Below are positions 10,453-18,920 of a stretch of 64,000 nucleotides of DNA, piece by piece; the stretch's first letter is position 1, and the number at the start of each line of letters is the position of its first letter. Origin of the DNA: a virus. The notes below the pieces were generated by a model that worked only from the letters and a program-made list of their open reading frames with translations, did no database searches and was not told the origin of the DNA. The translations under genes were made by a program, and so were the position numbers. The stretch is taken from the IMG/VR virus record IMGVR_UViG_3300045988_159436; one strand, given 5' to 3'.

Positions 10453-10836
10453 ATGGATAAGATTAAGTATGTAGTAAACAAAGAAAAAGGAACAGTAACT
10501 GCTATTGCAACTAATTGTCGTGGAGATGTTGTACGCAAAACAAATAAACTTGCAAAAGGTGCAGGTGCTTGGTATACTTTTGATGCTTCTGTAATTCCTG
10601 ATACATTAAGTGCAACAACAAGAGTTCATGGAGCAGATGTGTTTGATGAAGAACAAGGCAAAGCATTGGCTCGAAAAAAATTGCTTTTAAAATATCATAA
10701 AGAAAGCCTGAAATCATTGCATTCTTGCTTGCAGGCTCATGCAAGACTTATGTTATCTCTTGATACACTTTACAATAAAGAATGCGAGAAGGTAGCAAGC
10801 TATAAACAAGAATGGGAAACTCTTAAAAAAGGGTGA
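10453..10836 (+). CDS. hypothetical protein
   Basis: ORF track. Confidence 0.5.
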   Translation: MDKIKYVVNKEKGTVTAIATNCRGDVVRKTNKLAKGAGAWYTFDASVIPDTLSATTRVHGADVFDEEQGKALARKKLLLKYHKESLKSLHSCLQAHARLMLSLDTLYNKECEKVASYKQEWETLKKG

Positions 10837-11054
10837 CTATAGATTAGGTTATTGCTTATCCTATGCTCCATAGACGTAGCTAGAGTAGAAAGCGAAAGGG
10901 CGAATTAACCAGCGATAAAGGTTACTACGAGATGAAGGTTGTGCACTGACCTTATTCGATACCCTCCCGCTATCAGGGTGTTGATTTACAGTGCTTGAAT
11001 CACTAAACAAAAAAACAGATGTGACCGCTACAGCTTACCAGGCTGGCGGTCTAT

Positions 11055-11140
11055 GGAGGATTAGCCTAATGGTAAGGCATCAGTCTTGAAAACTGACGTG
11101 CGATTAAAGTCGTTTGTGGGTTCGAGTCCCATGTCCTCCT
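11055..11140 (+). tRNA. tRNA-Ser(TGA), type II
   Basis: cloverleaf by eye, long variable arm, CCA encoded. Confidence 0.7.
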
Positions 11141-11146
11141 CCACAT

Positions 11147-11222
11147 GAGTCAGTGTATTCTTGGGGTAAGGAAACGGTCTGCAAAACCGTTAAAATTCAC
11201 GGTTCAACTCCGTGCTGACTCT
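11147..11222 (+). tRNA. tRNA-Cys(GCA)-like (atypical D-arm)
   Basis: acceptor GAGTCAG/CTGACTC, anticodon loop ctGCAaa. Confidence 0.5.
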
Positions 11223-11239
11223 CCAATAAAAAATAATGC

Positions 11240-11268
11240 TTGACAAATACACAAAAGTGTGATATAAT
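11240..11268 (+). promoter_or_regulatory. sigma70-type promoter inside tRNA array
   Basis: TTGACA-17-TGtGATATAAT. Confidence 0.65.
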
Positions 11269-11279
11269 ATATATATAGT

Positions 11280-11350
11280 GCGGTAATAGTTTAAGGGTAA
11301 AACTTTAGCCTTCCAAGCTAATGTTACGAGTTCGATTCTCGTTTACCGCT
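11280..11350 (+). tRNA. tRNA-Gly(TCC)
   Basis: cloverleaf by eye. Confidence 0.7.
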
Positions 11351-11355
11351 CCAAT

Positions 11356-11426
11356 GGGCTGTTAGTTTAACGGTAGAACAGTGGTCTCCAAAACCATTAA
11401 TGGGGGTTCGATTCCTTCACGGCTCG
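11356..11426 (+). tRNA. tRNA-Trp(CCA)
   Basis: cloverleaf by eye. Confidence 0.7.
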
Positions 11427-11430
11427 CCAT

Positions 11431-11502
11431 ACTTAGGTAGTTCAATGGTAGAATCCCGCTCTGTTAAAGCGGTAGTTGTTGGTTCGAGTCCAACCCTAAG
11501 TG
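11431..11502 (+). tRNA. tRNA-Asn(GTT)
   Basis: cloverleaf by eye. Confidence 0.75.
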
Positions 11503-11507
11503 CCAAT

Positions 11508-11578
11508 GGAGGGTTAAGTCAACGGTAGACTAGGCAACTTATAATTGCTTAATATTGGTTCGATTCCAGTACCCTCAA
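11508..11578 (+). tRNA. tRNA-Ile(TAT) (AUA-reading) - acceptor 1:72 mismatch
   Basis: anticodon loop ctTATaa; good D and T arms. Confidence 0.5.
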
Positions 11579-11583
11579 CCAAT

Positions 11584-11657
11584 CTTTGTGTGGCGCAGTT
11601 TGGTAGCGCATTCGCTTTGGGAGCGAAGGGTCGCAGGTTCAAATCCTGCCACAAAGA
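11584..11657 (+). tRNA. tRNA-Pro(TGG)
   Basis: cloverleaf by eye. Confidence 0.75.
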
Positions 11658-11801
11658 CCAAAGACTATAAAAGGATAGGGCACTCCCTAGCGCAAAGTGG
11701 AGGATGCGGATTTCCGCTGTCGTAATGGCATCGTCTAAAAAAATCCTTTTAATTTGCCAGAGTAAAGCTAGCAAATGCTCTGGCATTAGATTGCGGGTGG
11801 G

Positions 11802-11875
11802 AGGCAAGGTGTTCTCGCAAGCCTCATAAGCTTGTTTAAGGTGGGTTCGATTCCCATACCCGCTCCCAAATAAAA
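11802..11875 (+). tRNA. tRNA-Met/Ile2(CAT), 5' end uncertain
   Basis: anticodon arm caagc-ctCATaa-gcttg, T arm gtggg-ttcgatt-cccat. Confidence 0.45.
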
Positions 11876-11937
11876 GTTCTAGCTTGGGCATAAGCTCTGG
11901 GGCTACCGTAGATAGGGACATTTCCCTATCACTTAAT

Positions 11938-12010
11938 GTGAATATAGCTTAGTTGGTAAAGCACTTGACTTTTAATCAAGATAGCGGAGGTTCAATTCCT
12001 CCTATTCACA
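11938..12010 (+). tRNA. tRNA-Lys(TTT)
   Basis: cloverleaf by eye. Confidence 0.75.
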
Positions 12011-12022
12011 CCAATTAATAAT

Positions 12023-12058
12023 GCAGGGGTTGCATAGTTGGCGATTGCACCAGACTGT
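12023..12058 (+). tRNA. 5' half of a tRNA split by HNH-gene insertion (acceptor GCAGGGG, D arm)
   Basis: pairs perfectly with 3' half at 12664-12688; anticodon arm cannot be completed by eye. Confidence 0.4.
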
Positions 12059-12073
12059 AAAGGAGCATAAAAA

Positions 12074-12667
12074 ATGCTTTGCGAAAACTGTAATAAAGAG
12101 CATAATGGAAGTTATGGTTCTGGAAGATTTTGTTCTAAAGAATGTGCTAAGTCTTTTTCTACCAAAAATAAAAGAAAACTAATAAACGAAAAGGTTAGTA
12201 ACAGTTTAAAAGGACGCATTGTTTCGGATTTAACTAGGAGAAAAATATCAGATGCTGGAAAAGGGAGAAGACATACAGAAGAGACTAAGAAGAAAATACA
12301 AAAAAGCAAATTAGAATTTTATAAAGAAGAAGAAAACATTCTTAAAATATCTATAGCGCATCTTGTCCAAAAAGGCAAGAATATAAATTCTATCTTAGAT
12401 GTTAGTCCTAGAACAGTGACTAAAATTTTAAAAAGGTTAAAAATTGGTTGCTCGTTGTGTGGTTGGGATAAAGCCACTTGCGACATTCACCATATTAAAG
12501 GCAGAAAAATAGTTAATCCTAATGCTCATAGTAATTTAACTTACATTTGTCCAAACTGTCATAGATTAGTACATGCGGGTTTAGTGGATTCAAAAGAGTT
12601 AGTGACACTTGAACAACATATAGGAGATAGGTGGAAAGAATACTATTTTAGAAAAGAGACACCGTAG
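12074..12667 (+). CDS. HNH homing endonuclease with N-terminal Zn finger and NUMOD3-like repeats
   Basis: CDIHHIKGR...N...CPNCHRLVH. Confidence 0.75.
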   Translation: MLCENCNKEHNGSYGSGRFCSKECAKSFSTKNKRKLINEKVSNSLKGRIVSDLTRRKISDAGKGRRHTEETKKKIQKSKLEFYKEEENILKISIAHLVQKGKNINSILDVSPRTVTKILKRLKIGCSLCGWDKATCDIHHIKGRKIVNPNAHSNLTYICPNCHRLVHAGLVDSKELVTLEQHIGDRWKEYYFRKETP

Positions 12668-12688
12668 GTTCGATTCCTACTCCCTGCA
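12664..12688 (+). tRNA. 3' half of split tRNA (T arm + acceptor TCCCTGC)
   Basis: gtagg-ttcgatt-cctac then tccctgc-a-cca. Confidence 0.4.
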
Positions 12689-12694
12689 CCATAT

Positions 12695-12728
12695 TTCCCA
12701 TTAGCTCAATGGATAGAGCACAGGTCTT
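12695..12728 (+). tRNA. tRNA-Arg(TCT) exon 1 (ends after U34 of anticodon loop)
   Basis: TTCCCAT-TA-GCTC...GAGC-A-CAGGT-CTT|. Confidence 0.55.
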
Positions 12729-13339
12729 TAAAGATAGGAGCGTTCATGTGGAACATTAAGAAAATTGTAAGTAAAGGTGATTATTTATATGCTTTAGTTC
12801 CTGAACATCCAAAAGCAACTAAGAATGGTTACGTTCTTTTACATAGGATTGTTATGGAAAATCATCTTGGTCGGTTACTTAATGCGAATGAAGTTGTACA
12901 TCATAAAAATTTGAATAAGAAAGATAACAACATCAAAAATTTAGAAATTTTGTCTATAAGAGAGCATGCTAAAAAACATGGATTAAAACTAAAGAAACAC
13001 ATGGTTTTGTTAAAATGTCCTTGTTGCAAGAAAGTGTTCTCGCTAGCTCGAAATAAATCTTTTTTAGTAAAGAAGACAAAATATAATTGTAACTGTTGTA
13101 GTTGTTCTTGTAGAGGTAAATTAACAAAAATGATACAGCTTCAAGGAGTAACACTTGAACTGGAAGATGCTATATCGGAGAATCTCTTAACGGAATATTT
13201 GCTAAACAAAGCCGAAGACAACTCCGAGGAAACCTTCTTACAAGGGGTTCTGTAGAGACTATACGCATCTTACCTGAAATGGTAAAGAAATAGTCCAGAC
13301 TACAACACATATGTGGCTATAGAAATATAGAGTAGTAAG
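12729..13339 (+). mobile_element. tRNA intron (group I-like) carrying HNH endonuclease
   Basis: follows U, ends in G; 3' exon restores anticodon loop cttCTaa, stem, T arm and acceptor ATGGGAA. Confidence 0.5.
12746..13255 (+). CDS. HNH endonuclease (HNH_3) with C-terminal Cys cluster
   Basis: VVHHKNLNKKDNNIKNLEIL. Confidence 0.75.
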   Translation: MWNIKKIVSKGDYLYALVPEHPKATKNGYVLLHRIVMENHLGRLLNANEVVHHKNLNKKDNNIKNLEILSIREHAKKHGLKLKKHMVLLKCPCCKKVFSLARNKSFLVKKTKYNCNCCSCSCRGKLTKMIQLQGVTLELEDAISENLLTEYLLNKAEDNSEETFLQGVL

Positions 13340-13377
13340 CTAAACCTTGTGTGCAGGTTCGATTCCTGCATGGGAAA
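13340..13377 (+). tRNA. tRNA-Arg(TCT) exon 2
   Basis: ctaa-acctt-gtgt-gcagg-ttcgatt-cctgc-atgggaa-a-cca. Confidence 0.55.
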
Positions 13378-13750
13378 CCAAATAGATTATAATAGCTTGG
13401 GGTTAAAATAAAATAGTGAGTCTAGATAACCATTAGTGACTTAGGGCGCATTAAGTTGGGTCAGCAACAGAAAAATCTGACACATTGGTCTGCTAGGGAC
13501 TTTAAAAAACTCACGCCTTTTGTTCATAGAGACAGAAGTTAGCCATTGATAGTATATATTTAACTGTATAAGTATATGCCGAGGCTTTATCAGTTCGCAC
13601 TGAGCTAATTTACAGCTAGGTATAGAGCCGAAGAAGAAAGTGCCAACCAAGCCATTTTATATACTAGGACTAAAGGGTAGAACGGTCAGCTACCGCCACA
13701 GAGAAGCTCTGGTAGGAGATGCTGGGTTGACAGCCAGCTTAGTTCTTATT

Positions 13751-13823
13751 TGCCAGATAGTGTAATGGTAACACAGCAGACCTTGACTCTGTTAAGTGTA
13801 GGTTCGAGTCCTACTCTGGCATC
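13751..13823 (+). tRNA. tRNA-Gln(TTG) (C33 in loop)
   Basis: cloverleaf by eye. Confidence 0.6.
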
Positions 13824-13828
13824 CATAT

Positions 13829-13900
13829 TGAAGCATAATACAAGGGTTAGTATGCTGTGCTGATAACGCAGAAATGATGGTTCAACTCCATCTGCTTCAA
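13829..13900 (+). tRNA. tRNA-Ile(GAT)
   Basis: cloverleaf by eye. Confidence 0.7.
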
Positions 13901-13904
13901 CCAT

Positions 13905-13978
13905 GTCCTATTACCCCAATCGGCAGAGGGAACGGACTTAAAATCCGTACAGTCTCAGTTCGAATCTGAGATAGGACA
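13905..13978 (+). tRNA. tRNA-Leu(TAA) with short variable arm (atypical type I)
   Basis: anticodon loop ctTAAaa. Confidence 0.5.
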
Positions 13979-13985
13979 CCAAAAT

Positions 13986-14058
13986 GGCATATTAGTCTAA
14001 TGGCTAGGACACAACACTTTCAATGTTGGGATGGCGAGTTCAATTCTCCCATATGTCA
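13986..14058 (+). tRNA. tRNA-Glu(TTC)
   Basis: cloverleaf by eye. Confidence 0.7.
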
Positions 14059-14064
14059 CCATAC

Positions 14065-14134
14065 ATGCCTTTAGCTTAGTTGGTTAAAGCGGCTGGTTGA
14101 AGCCCAGCAGAGTCCGTTCGATTCGGAGAGGCAT
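14065..14134 (+). tRNA. tRNA-Phe(GAA)
   Basis: cloverleaf by eye. Confidence 0.65.
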
Positions 14135-14139
14135 ACCAT

Positions 14140-14212
14140 GCTAGTGTAGCTCAATAGGTAGAGCAACGGCTTTGTAAGCCGTGGGTTGCGGGTTCAATTC
14201 CTGCCACTAGCT
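14140..14212 (+). tRNA. tRNA-Thr(TGT)
   Basis: cloverleaf by eye. Confidence 0.75.
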
Positions 14213-14354
14213 CCATTTTAAAAATTGAATAGTTAGGGAAAGCCCTAGCTATTTTTGTTTATATGCAATAAACTTTATAAAAAACACTGTTACAACTGTA
14301 AAAAACAAAATAATTTATTTGCAAAGGAAGTGTTTGTTATAAGGAGTGTTCAAA

Positions 14355-15302
14355 GTGATTACTAAGGTGAAAAAGCGGGATGGAAGAATTGTAGATTATG
14401 ATTCTTCTAAAATTGTTAATGCGATTCTAAAAGCTTTTAAAAGTTTAGGAATGTTAGAAGGAAAAGAAGTAAGGTTAGCAAACAAGATAGAATCTAAAAT
14501 TAAAGAGACAGCAGAAAGTATTCCAGAAGTTGAATTTATTCAAGATATGATTGAAAAAGAGTTAATGGCATCAAATTTTAAAAATGTAGCGAAAGAGTTT
14601 ATTTTATATAGGGAAAAAAGAAATAGAGAGCGGGAAAGAGATTCTGCGTTAAGAAAAGAAATATTAAGTAAAATAGAATGTACAAATGTGATGAATCAAA
14701 ATGCAAATGTAGATGAAGAAAGTTTTGGTGGCAGAAAATTTGAAAGTGCCGCAGTAATACATAAAGATATTGCGTTAAATGATTTAATGTCAAGTGATGT
14801 AGCTAAAGCACATAAAGAGGCAAGAATTTATATTCACGATTTAGATAGTTATAGTGTTGGGATGAGCAACTGCTTGTTTTCGGATTTAGTACCGCTATTG
14901 ACAAATGGTTTTATTACAAGAAATGGTGATGTAAGAGGGGCAGGAAGCTTTAGCACTGCTTGCCAATTAGTAGCTGTAATATTTCAGGCTCAAAGCCAAT
15001 GTCAGTTTGGTGGAATAGCTTCTGCACATATAGATAGAGATTTAGCACCATTTGTAAAAAAGAGTTTTGTAAAACATTTCAAAAATGGTATGAAATATGT
15101 AGAGCAAAAAGAAATAGATAAAGAATTGGAATATTTTTTAGGCTTTTTAAAAAACAATGAAGAGAATATACATATAGATAATGATGTCTTTAAGAAATAT
15201 GAAAAGGCATATGAATACGCAAATGCTATGTTAGAGCTTGAAGGAAAACAGAGTACAGAAGCAATGTATCATAATTTAAATACCTTAGAGAGTCGCCCAG
15301 GT
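14355..15302 (+). CDS. nrdD: anaerobic ribonucleoside-triphosphate reductase NrdD exon 1 (ATP-cone + N-terminal catalytic region); 3' junction approximate (15293 or 15302)
   Basis: ATP cone VKKRDGRIVDYD..; class III RNR-like segments; frame ends at a stop inside the intron. Confidence 0.7.
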
Positions 15303-16451
15303 AGGAGAACTGCCTGTTAGAGATGGAAACACTTTAATGTAATCGGGCAAAATCGGTAAATTCTAAAAAATTGGAGAATATATGAAGAAATTAGATGTAG
15401 AAATAGAAAATGAAATTATTAAATATTATATTGAATATTTTTATAGCTGTCGTAAGATAAGTAAAGATTTAGGAATAAGTGGAGCTACTGTTTTAAATGT
15501 TTTAAAAAGAAATGGGATTCCTACGAGAACAAAGGGAGGAATTTATGAATTGCCTACTTCTTTATTGGTGCAAAAATATAGAGAAGGGGTTTCTATAATT
15601 CAGCTTTCTAAAGAATATCAAGTATGTGTTCAAACTATTGCAAATTATTTGGCAAAAGCGGAAATTAATTTAAATAACATATATTACAATAAGAAATTGG
15701 ACAGAAACTATTTTGATAAAATAGACACATACGATAAGGCTTATTATTTAGGCTTTTTGATTTCTGATGGTAGCGTAGGCACTTCTACAAATAAAATTGA
15801 TTTAACGTTAAAAAAATCAGATAGTTATATTTTAGACGTTTTAAGTTCTAAAATTAATAATACTAATCCTATATATTTTTCTAAAAGAGGAGAGGCTTCT
15901 TTAACTTTTAAGTCTAAAGAAATAAAAAATGCTTTAGCAAAATATGGAGTAATTCCTAATAAAACGTTTAAAACTTATTTACCTGAACTTGAAATGTCTT
16001 TAATGCCACATTTAATTCGAGGTTTAATAGATGGAGATGGTTGGGTATCATTTAAATCTCACGCTATTGGTTTTTGTGGCTCTGTTGAGCTAGTAGGACA
16101 AGTTAGAGATTTTTTAGTAAAAATTCTAGGCGTTTTTCCTGTAAAAATTATTGAACATTCAAGTATTTGTCAAGTTAATTGGGCATCAAAAAATGATATT
16201 ATAAAAATAGGAAATTATATTTATAAAGATAAACAAGATTGTTTTCTACATAGGAAATTCAATAATTTTATGAAAATACCGAGATAACTTAATATGTAAT
16301 AGTATTAAGTATTGTAGAGCGTAGCGATTGAACCTCTAAGAGAATATAATATCGCCAAGAGTGTCCGATACCCTAACAAGTAAAGTTGAGGGTAAAAATG
16401 TACGCCGAACTTATGGGAAACCATAAGAACTATGAGATAAAAAGCTTGTAG
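15303..16451 (+). mobile_element. group I-like intron 1 in nrdD with LAGLIDADG HEG
   Basis: starts after U, ends in G; shares gggcaaaatcggt and a ~75-nt 3' core with intron 3. Confidence 0.6.
15382..16287 (+). CDS. LAGLIDADG homing endonuclease (two-motif)
   Basis: YLGFLISDGSV and LIRGLIDGDGWV. Confidence 0.85.
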   Translation: MKKLDVEIENEIIKYYIEYFYSCRKISKDLGISGATVLNVLKRNGIPTRTKGGIYELPTSLLVQKYREGVSIIQLSKEYQVCVQTIANYLAKAEINLNNIYYNKKLDRNYFDKIDTYDKAYYLGFLISDGSVGTSTNKIDLTLKKSDSYILDVLSSKINNTNPIYFSKRGEASLTFKSKEIKNALAKYGVIPNKTFKTYLPELEMSLMPHLIRGLIDGDGWVSFKSHAIGFCGSVELVGQVRDFLVKILGVFPVKIIEHSSICQVNWASKNDIIKIGNYIYKDKQDCFLHRKFNNFMKIPR

Positions 16452-16766
16452 GATAACAAATTGAGTCAATTACCTTTTACTTCAATTAACTATGGTTTAG
16501 ATATAACGCCAGAAGGAAGATTAGTAACAAAATGGTTATTAAATGCTTCTATTGAGGGAATAGGCAAAAATCATTTAACTCCGATTTTTCCAATAAGTAT
16601 TTTTCAATACAAAAAAGGGGTTAATGATAGAGAGGGAACTCCTAATTATGATTTAAAAAAATTAGCCATAAAGAGTTTAAGTAAAAGGATATATCCAAAC
16701 ATTGTAAATTGTGATTGGAGTAAAAATCCTGCTTCAAACATTGATGAAGAAATGGCTACAATGGGT
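16452..16766 (+). CDS. nrdD: NrdD exon 2
   Basis: ...SQLPFTSINYGLD...EEMATMG| ends at G of conserved MG-CR junction. Confidence 0.65.
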
Positions 16767-17012
16767 AAGTGGAACTTAGCCCATTTAAAACCCTTTGAAC
16801 GCCGTCAGGCGGTGTGACCAGTAGGTTGCTAACGGTTAGGACTCTTTGAGTTGAGACCGTGCTAAGGTTCATATATTGTGATGAACAAAGTGTATCGACT
16901 AGCCGTGATGAGTGTAGCGGCGTAGGGACGGAGATAGACACCGTATCCGAAGCGGAGGGCTGTTTTTAAACAGATAATATAGTCAGTACCACTAGCGATA
17001 GTGGAGAATACG
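16767..17012 (+). mobile_element. small ORF-less group I-like intron 2 in nrdD (246 nt, GC-richer, structured)
   Basis: splits conserved ..MG|CRTLIG..; follows U, ends G; stop codons in reading frame. Confidence 0.55.
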
Positions 17013-17897
17013 TGTAGAACCCTGATAGGTAAAGATAGACATGGAATGGGGTATAAGAAAGACGGTAGAGGTAATGCTTGCCCTGTAACTATTAATTTAC
17101 CTAGAATTGGAATAAAACATGGCATTTGCTTAGGCAAACCATTAGATTTAGAAGGATTTTGGAAAGAGCTTGATGAAGTATTAGATTTAACAGAAAAGAG
17201 CTTAATAGAGAGATTCTTTTATATGTGTAAGCAGAGTGTAAAAGCCGCTCCGTTTATGTATAACAATAATATTGTTGCTGATGCAAAATTGGCAAGAGAA
17301 AAAGGCATTTATGAAACATTAAAGCATTTTACATTAGGATTTGGATATATTGGTATTGCTGAAATGTGTCAAGCACTGTTTGGTGCAGACCATTATGAGT
17401 CTAAAGAGAGTTTGGATTTTGCTTTGAAAGTTGTTGAGCATATTTATCAAAGAACGGTTGAAGCAAGTGAAAAGCATAATTTGAATTTCTCTTGTTATGC
17501 TACTCCTGCTGAAACATTGGCATATAAATATGCTTTGGCTTTAAAGAAAGAGTTTGGAGTAATACCTAATGTTACAGATAGGGAATATATAACTAATTCA
17601 CATCATGTTCCAGTTTGGCAACAAGCATCTATTTTTGAAAAATTAGATATTGAAGCTAAATTCTGTAAATACCCCACGGCAGGCTGTATTACTTATATTG
17701 AGTTTGAAGCAGATGCAATGAAAAATGAACAAGCGGTAGAGGATATTATGGATTACGCAATGTCTATAGATGTTCCCTATTTAGCTTATAATTTTCCTAT
17801 TGATGTTTGCCATGATTGCGGATTACAGAGTGATATCCCAAGTGTTTGCCCGAATTGCGGAAGCAATAATATTTTACGTTTAAGAAGGGTTACAGGT
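17013..17897 (+). CDS. nrdD: NrdD exon 3 (..CRTLIGKDRHGMG..CPVTINLPRIG.. C-terminal Zn ribbon CHDCG..CPNCG, ..RVTG)
   Basis: class III RNR motifs; glycyl radical motif RVTG|Y split by intron 3. Confidence 0.7.
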
Positions 17898-18199
17898 TAT
17901 TGAATAGCCGTATTTACAAGAAATTGTAAATATAATTATTGGGCAAAATCGGTGAACCCTAAAATTTTTACTTGACAATACTTAAGAAATGTGATAAGTT
18001 TAAAAAAATTAAGGGAATACCGAGGTAAGTTATTAGATAGCGAAAGGCTGATAGCTACTGTAGAGCGTAGCAGGTGAATAAATATAATCCTGCCAAGAGT
18101 GTCCGATACCCTAACAAGTAAAGTTGAGGGTAAAAATGTACGCCGAACTTATGGGAAACCGTAAGAAGTTAGGATAAAAAGCCTAGCGATAACATAATT
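17898..18199 (+). mobile_element. ORF-less group I-like intron 3 in nrdD (302 nt), homologous to intron 1 core
   Basis: 16357-16428 nearly identical to 18094-18166; boundaries follow U / end G. Confidence 0.55.
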
Positions 18200-18331
18200 G
18201 TATTTAACCGTTGACTACCGAAATTTTAATAAAGGCAAACAAAAAGAGTGTGAAGATAGGGTCAAGCATACTAAATACACAAAATTAAGATATGATGCTT
18301 ATGATGATTTAAAAACTAAACAAACAAAATA
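18200..18331 (+). CDS. nrdD: NrdD exon 4 (YLTVDYRNFNKGKQKECEDRVKHT...)
   Basis: continues glycyl-radical region like T4 NrdD (RVCGYLG..FNAGKQEEVKRRVKH). Confidence 0.6.
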
Positions 18332-18350
18332 ATTATTAGGTGGTATTAAA

Positions 18351-18920
18351 ATGTCAAAAAAAGTTATTTTAATAAGTGGGAAAGCCAGAAGCGGAAAAGA
18401 TACTTTAGCAAGGGTATTAAAGGATTATTTAAAAGAACAGGGCAAAGATGTATTAATTACTCATTATGCTGATAGCTTGAAGTATATTTGCGAAACAGTT
18501 TTTAAATGGGATGGTAAAAAAGATGAAAAAGGTCGGCAATTATTAATAGATATTGGTGAATCTGTAAGAAAATATAATCAAAATTATTGGGTAGATTGCT
18601 TAAAGTCTGCAATAAAAGGAGTAGAGAGAGATAGTCCAAGTCTTTCTTCTAATTCTGTTTATATTGTTGCTGATTGTCGTTACGAAAATGAAATAATGGA
18701 AATGAAAGAATTTTCTCCTTTGGTTATCAGGGTGGAGAGAGAGCATCAATTATTTAGAAACGGTTTAACTTTAAAGCAGTCTTTAAGTGCTAGTGAAACA
18801 GAGCTAGATGATTTTTCATCTTTTGATGTGACTATCTATAATGATTTTGAAACTATGGAAGAATATGAAAAATATATTCGAGAAGTTGTTGTAAAAGAGG
18901 TGTTGGAATGGTTGATGTAA
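18351..18920 (+). CDS. P-loop (deoxy)nucleotide monophosphate kinase-like protein
   Basis: ISGKARSGKDT Walker A. Confidence 0.55.
   Translation: MSKKVILISGKARSGKDTLARVLKDYLKEQGKDVLITHYADSLKYICETVFKWDGKKDEKGRQLLIDIGESVRKYNQNYWVDCLKSAIKGVERDSPSLSSNSVYIVADCRYENEIMEMKEFSPLVIRVEREHQLFRNGLTLKQSLSASETELDDFSSFDVTIYNDFETMEEYEKYIREVVVKEVLEWLM

Noticed and set aside
11514-11921. Minus-strand 135-aa ORF
   Set aside because: Overlaps four tRNA genes on the opposite strand.
17898-17903. Apparent truncation of NrdD right after the glycyl radical motif
   Set aside because: The missing C-terminus (YLTVDYRNFNKGKQ..) was found 300 nt downstream, so this is an intron rather than a truncated pseudogene.
17972-18000. 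TTGACA-17-GATAAG promoter-like site inside nrdD intron 3
   Set aside because: The -10 is weak (GATAAG) compared with the consensus promoter family; kept only as a remark.
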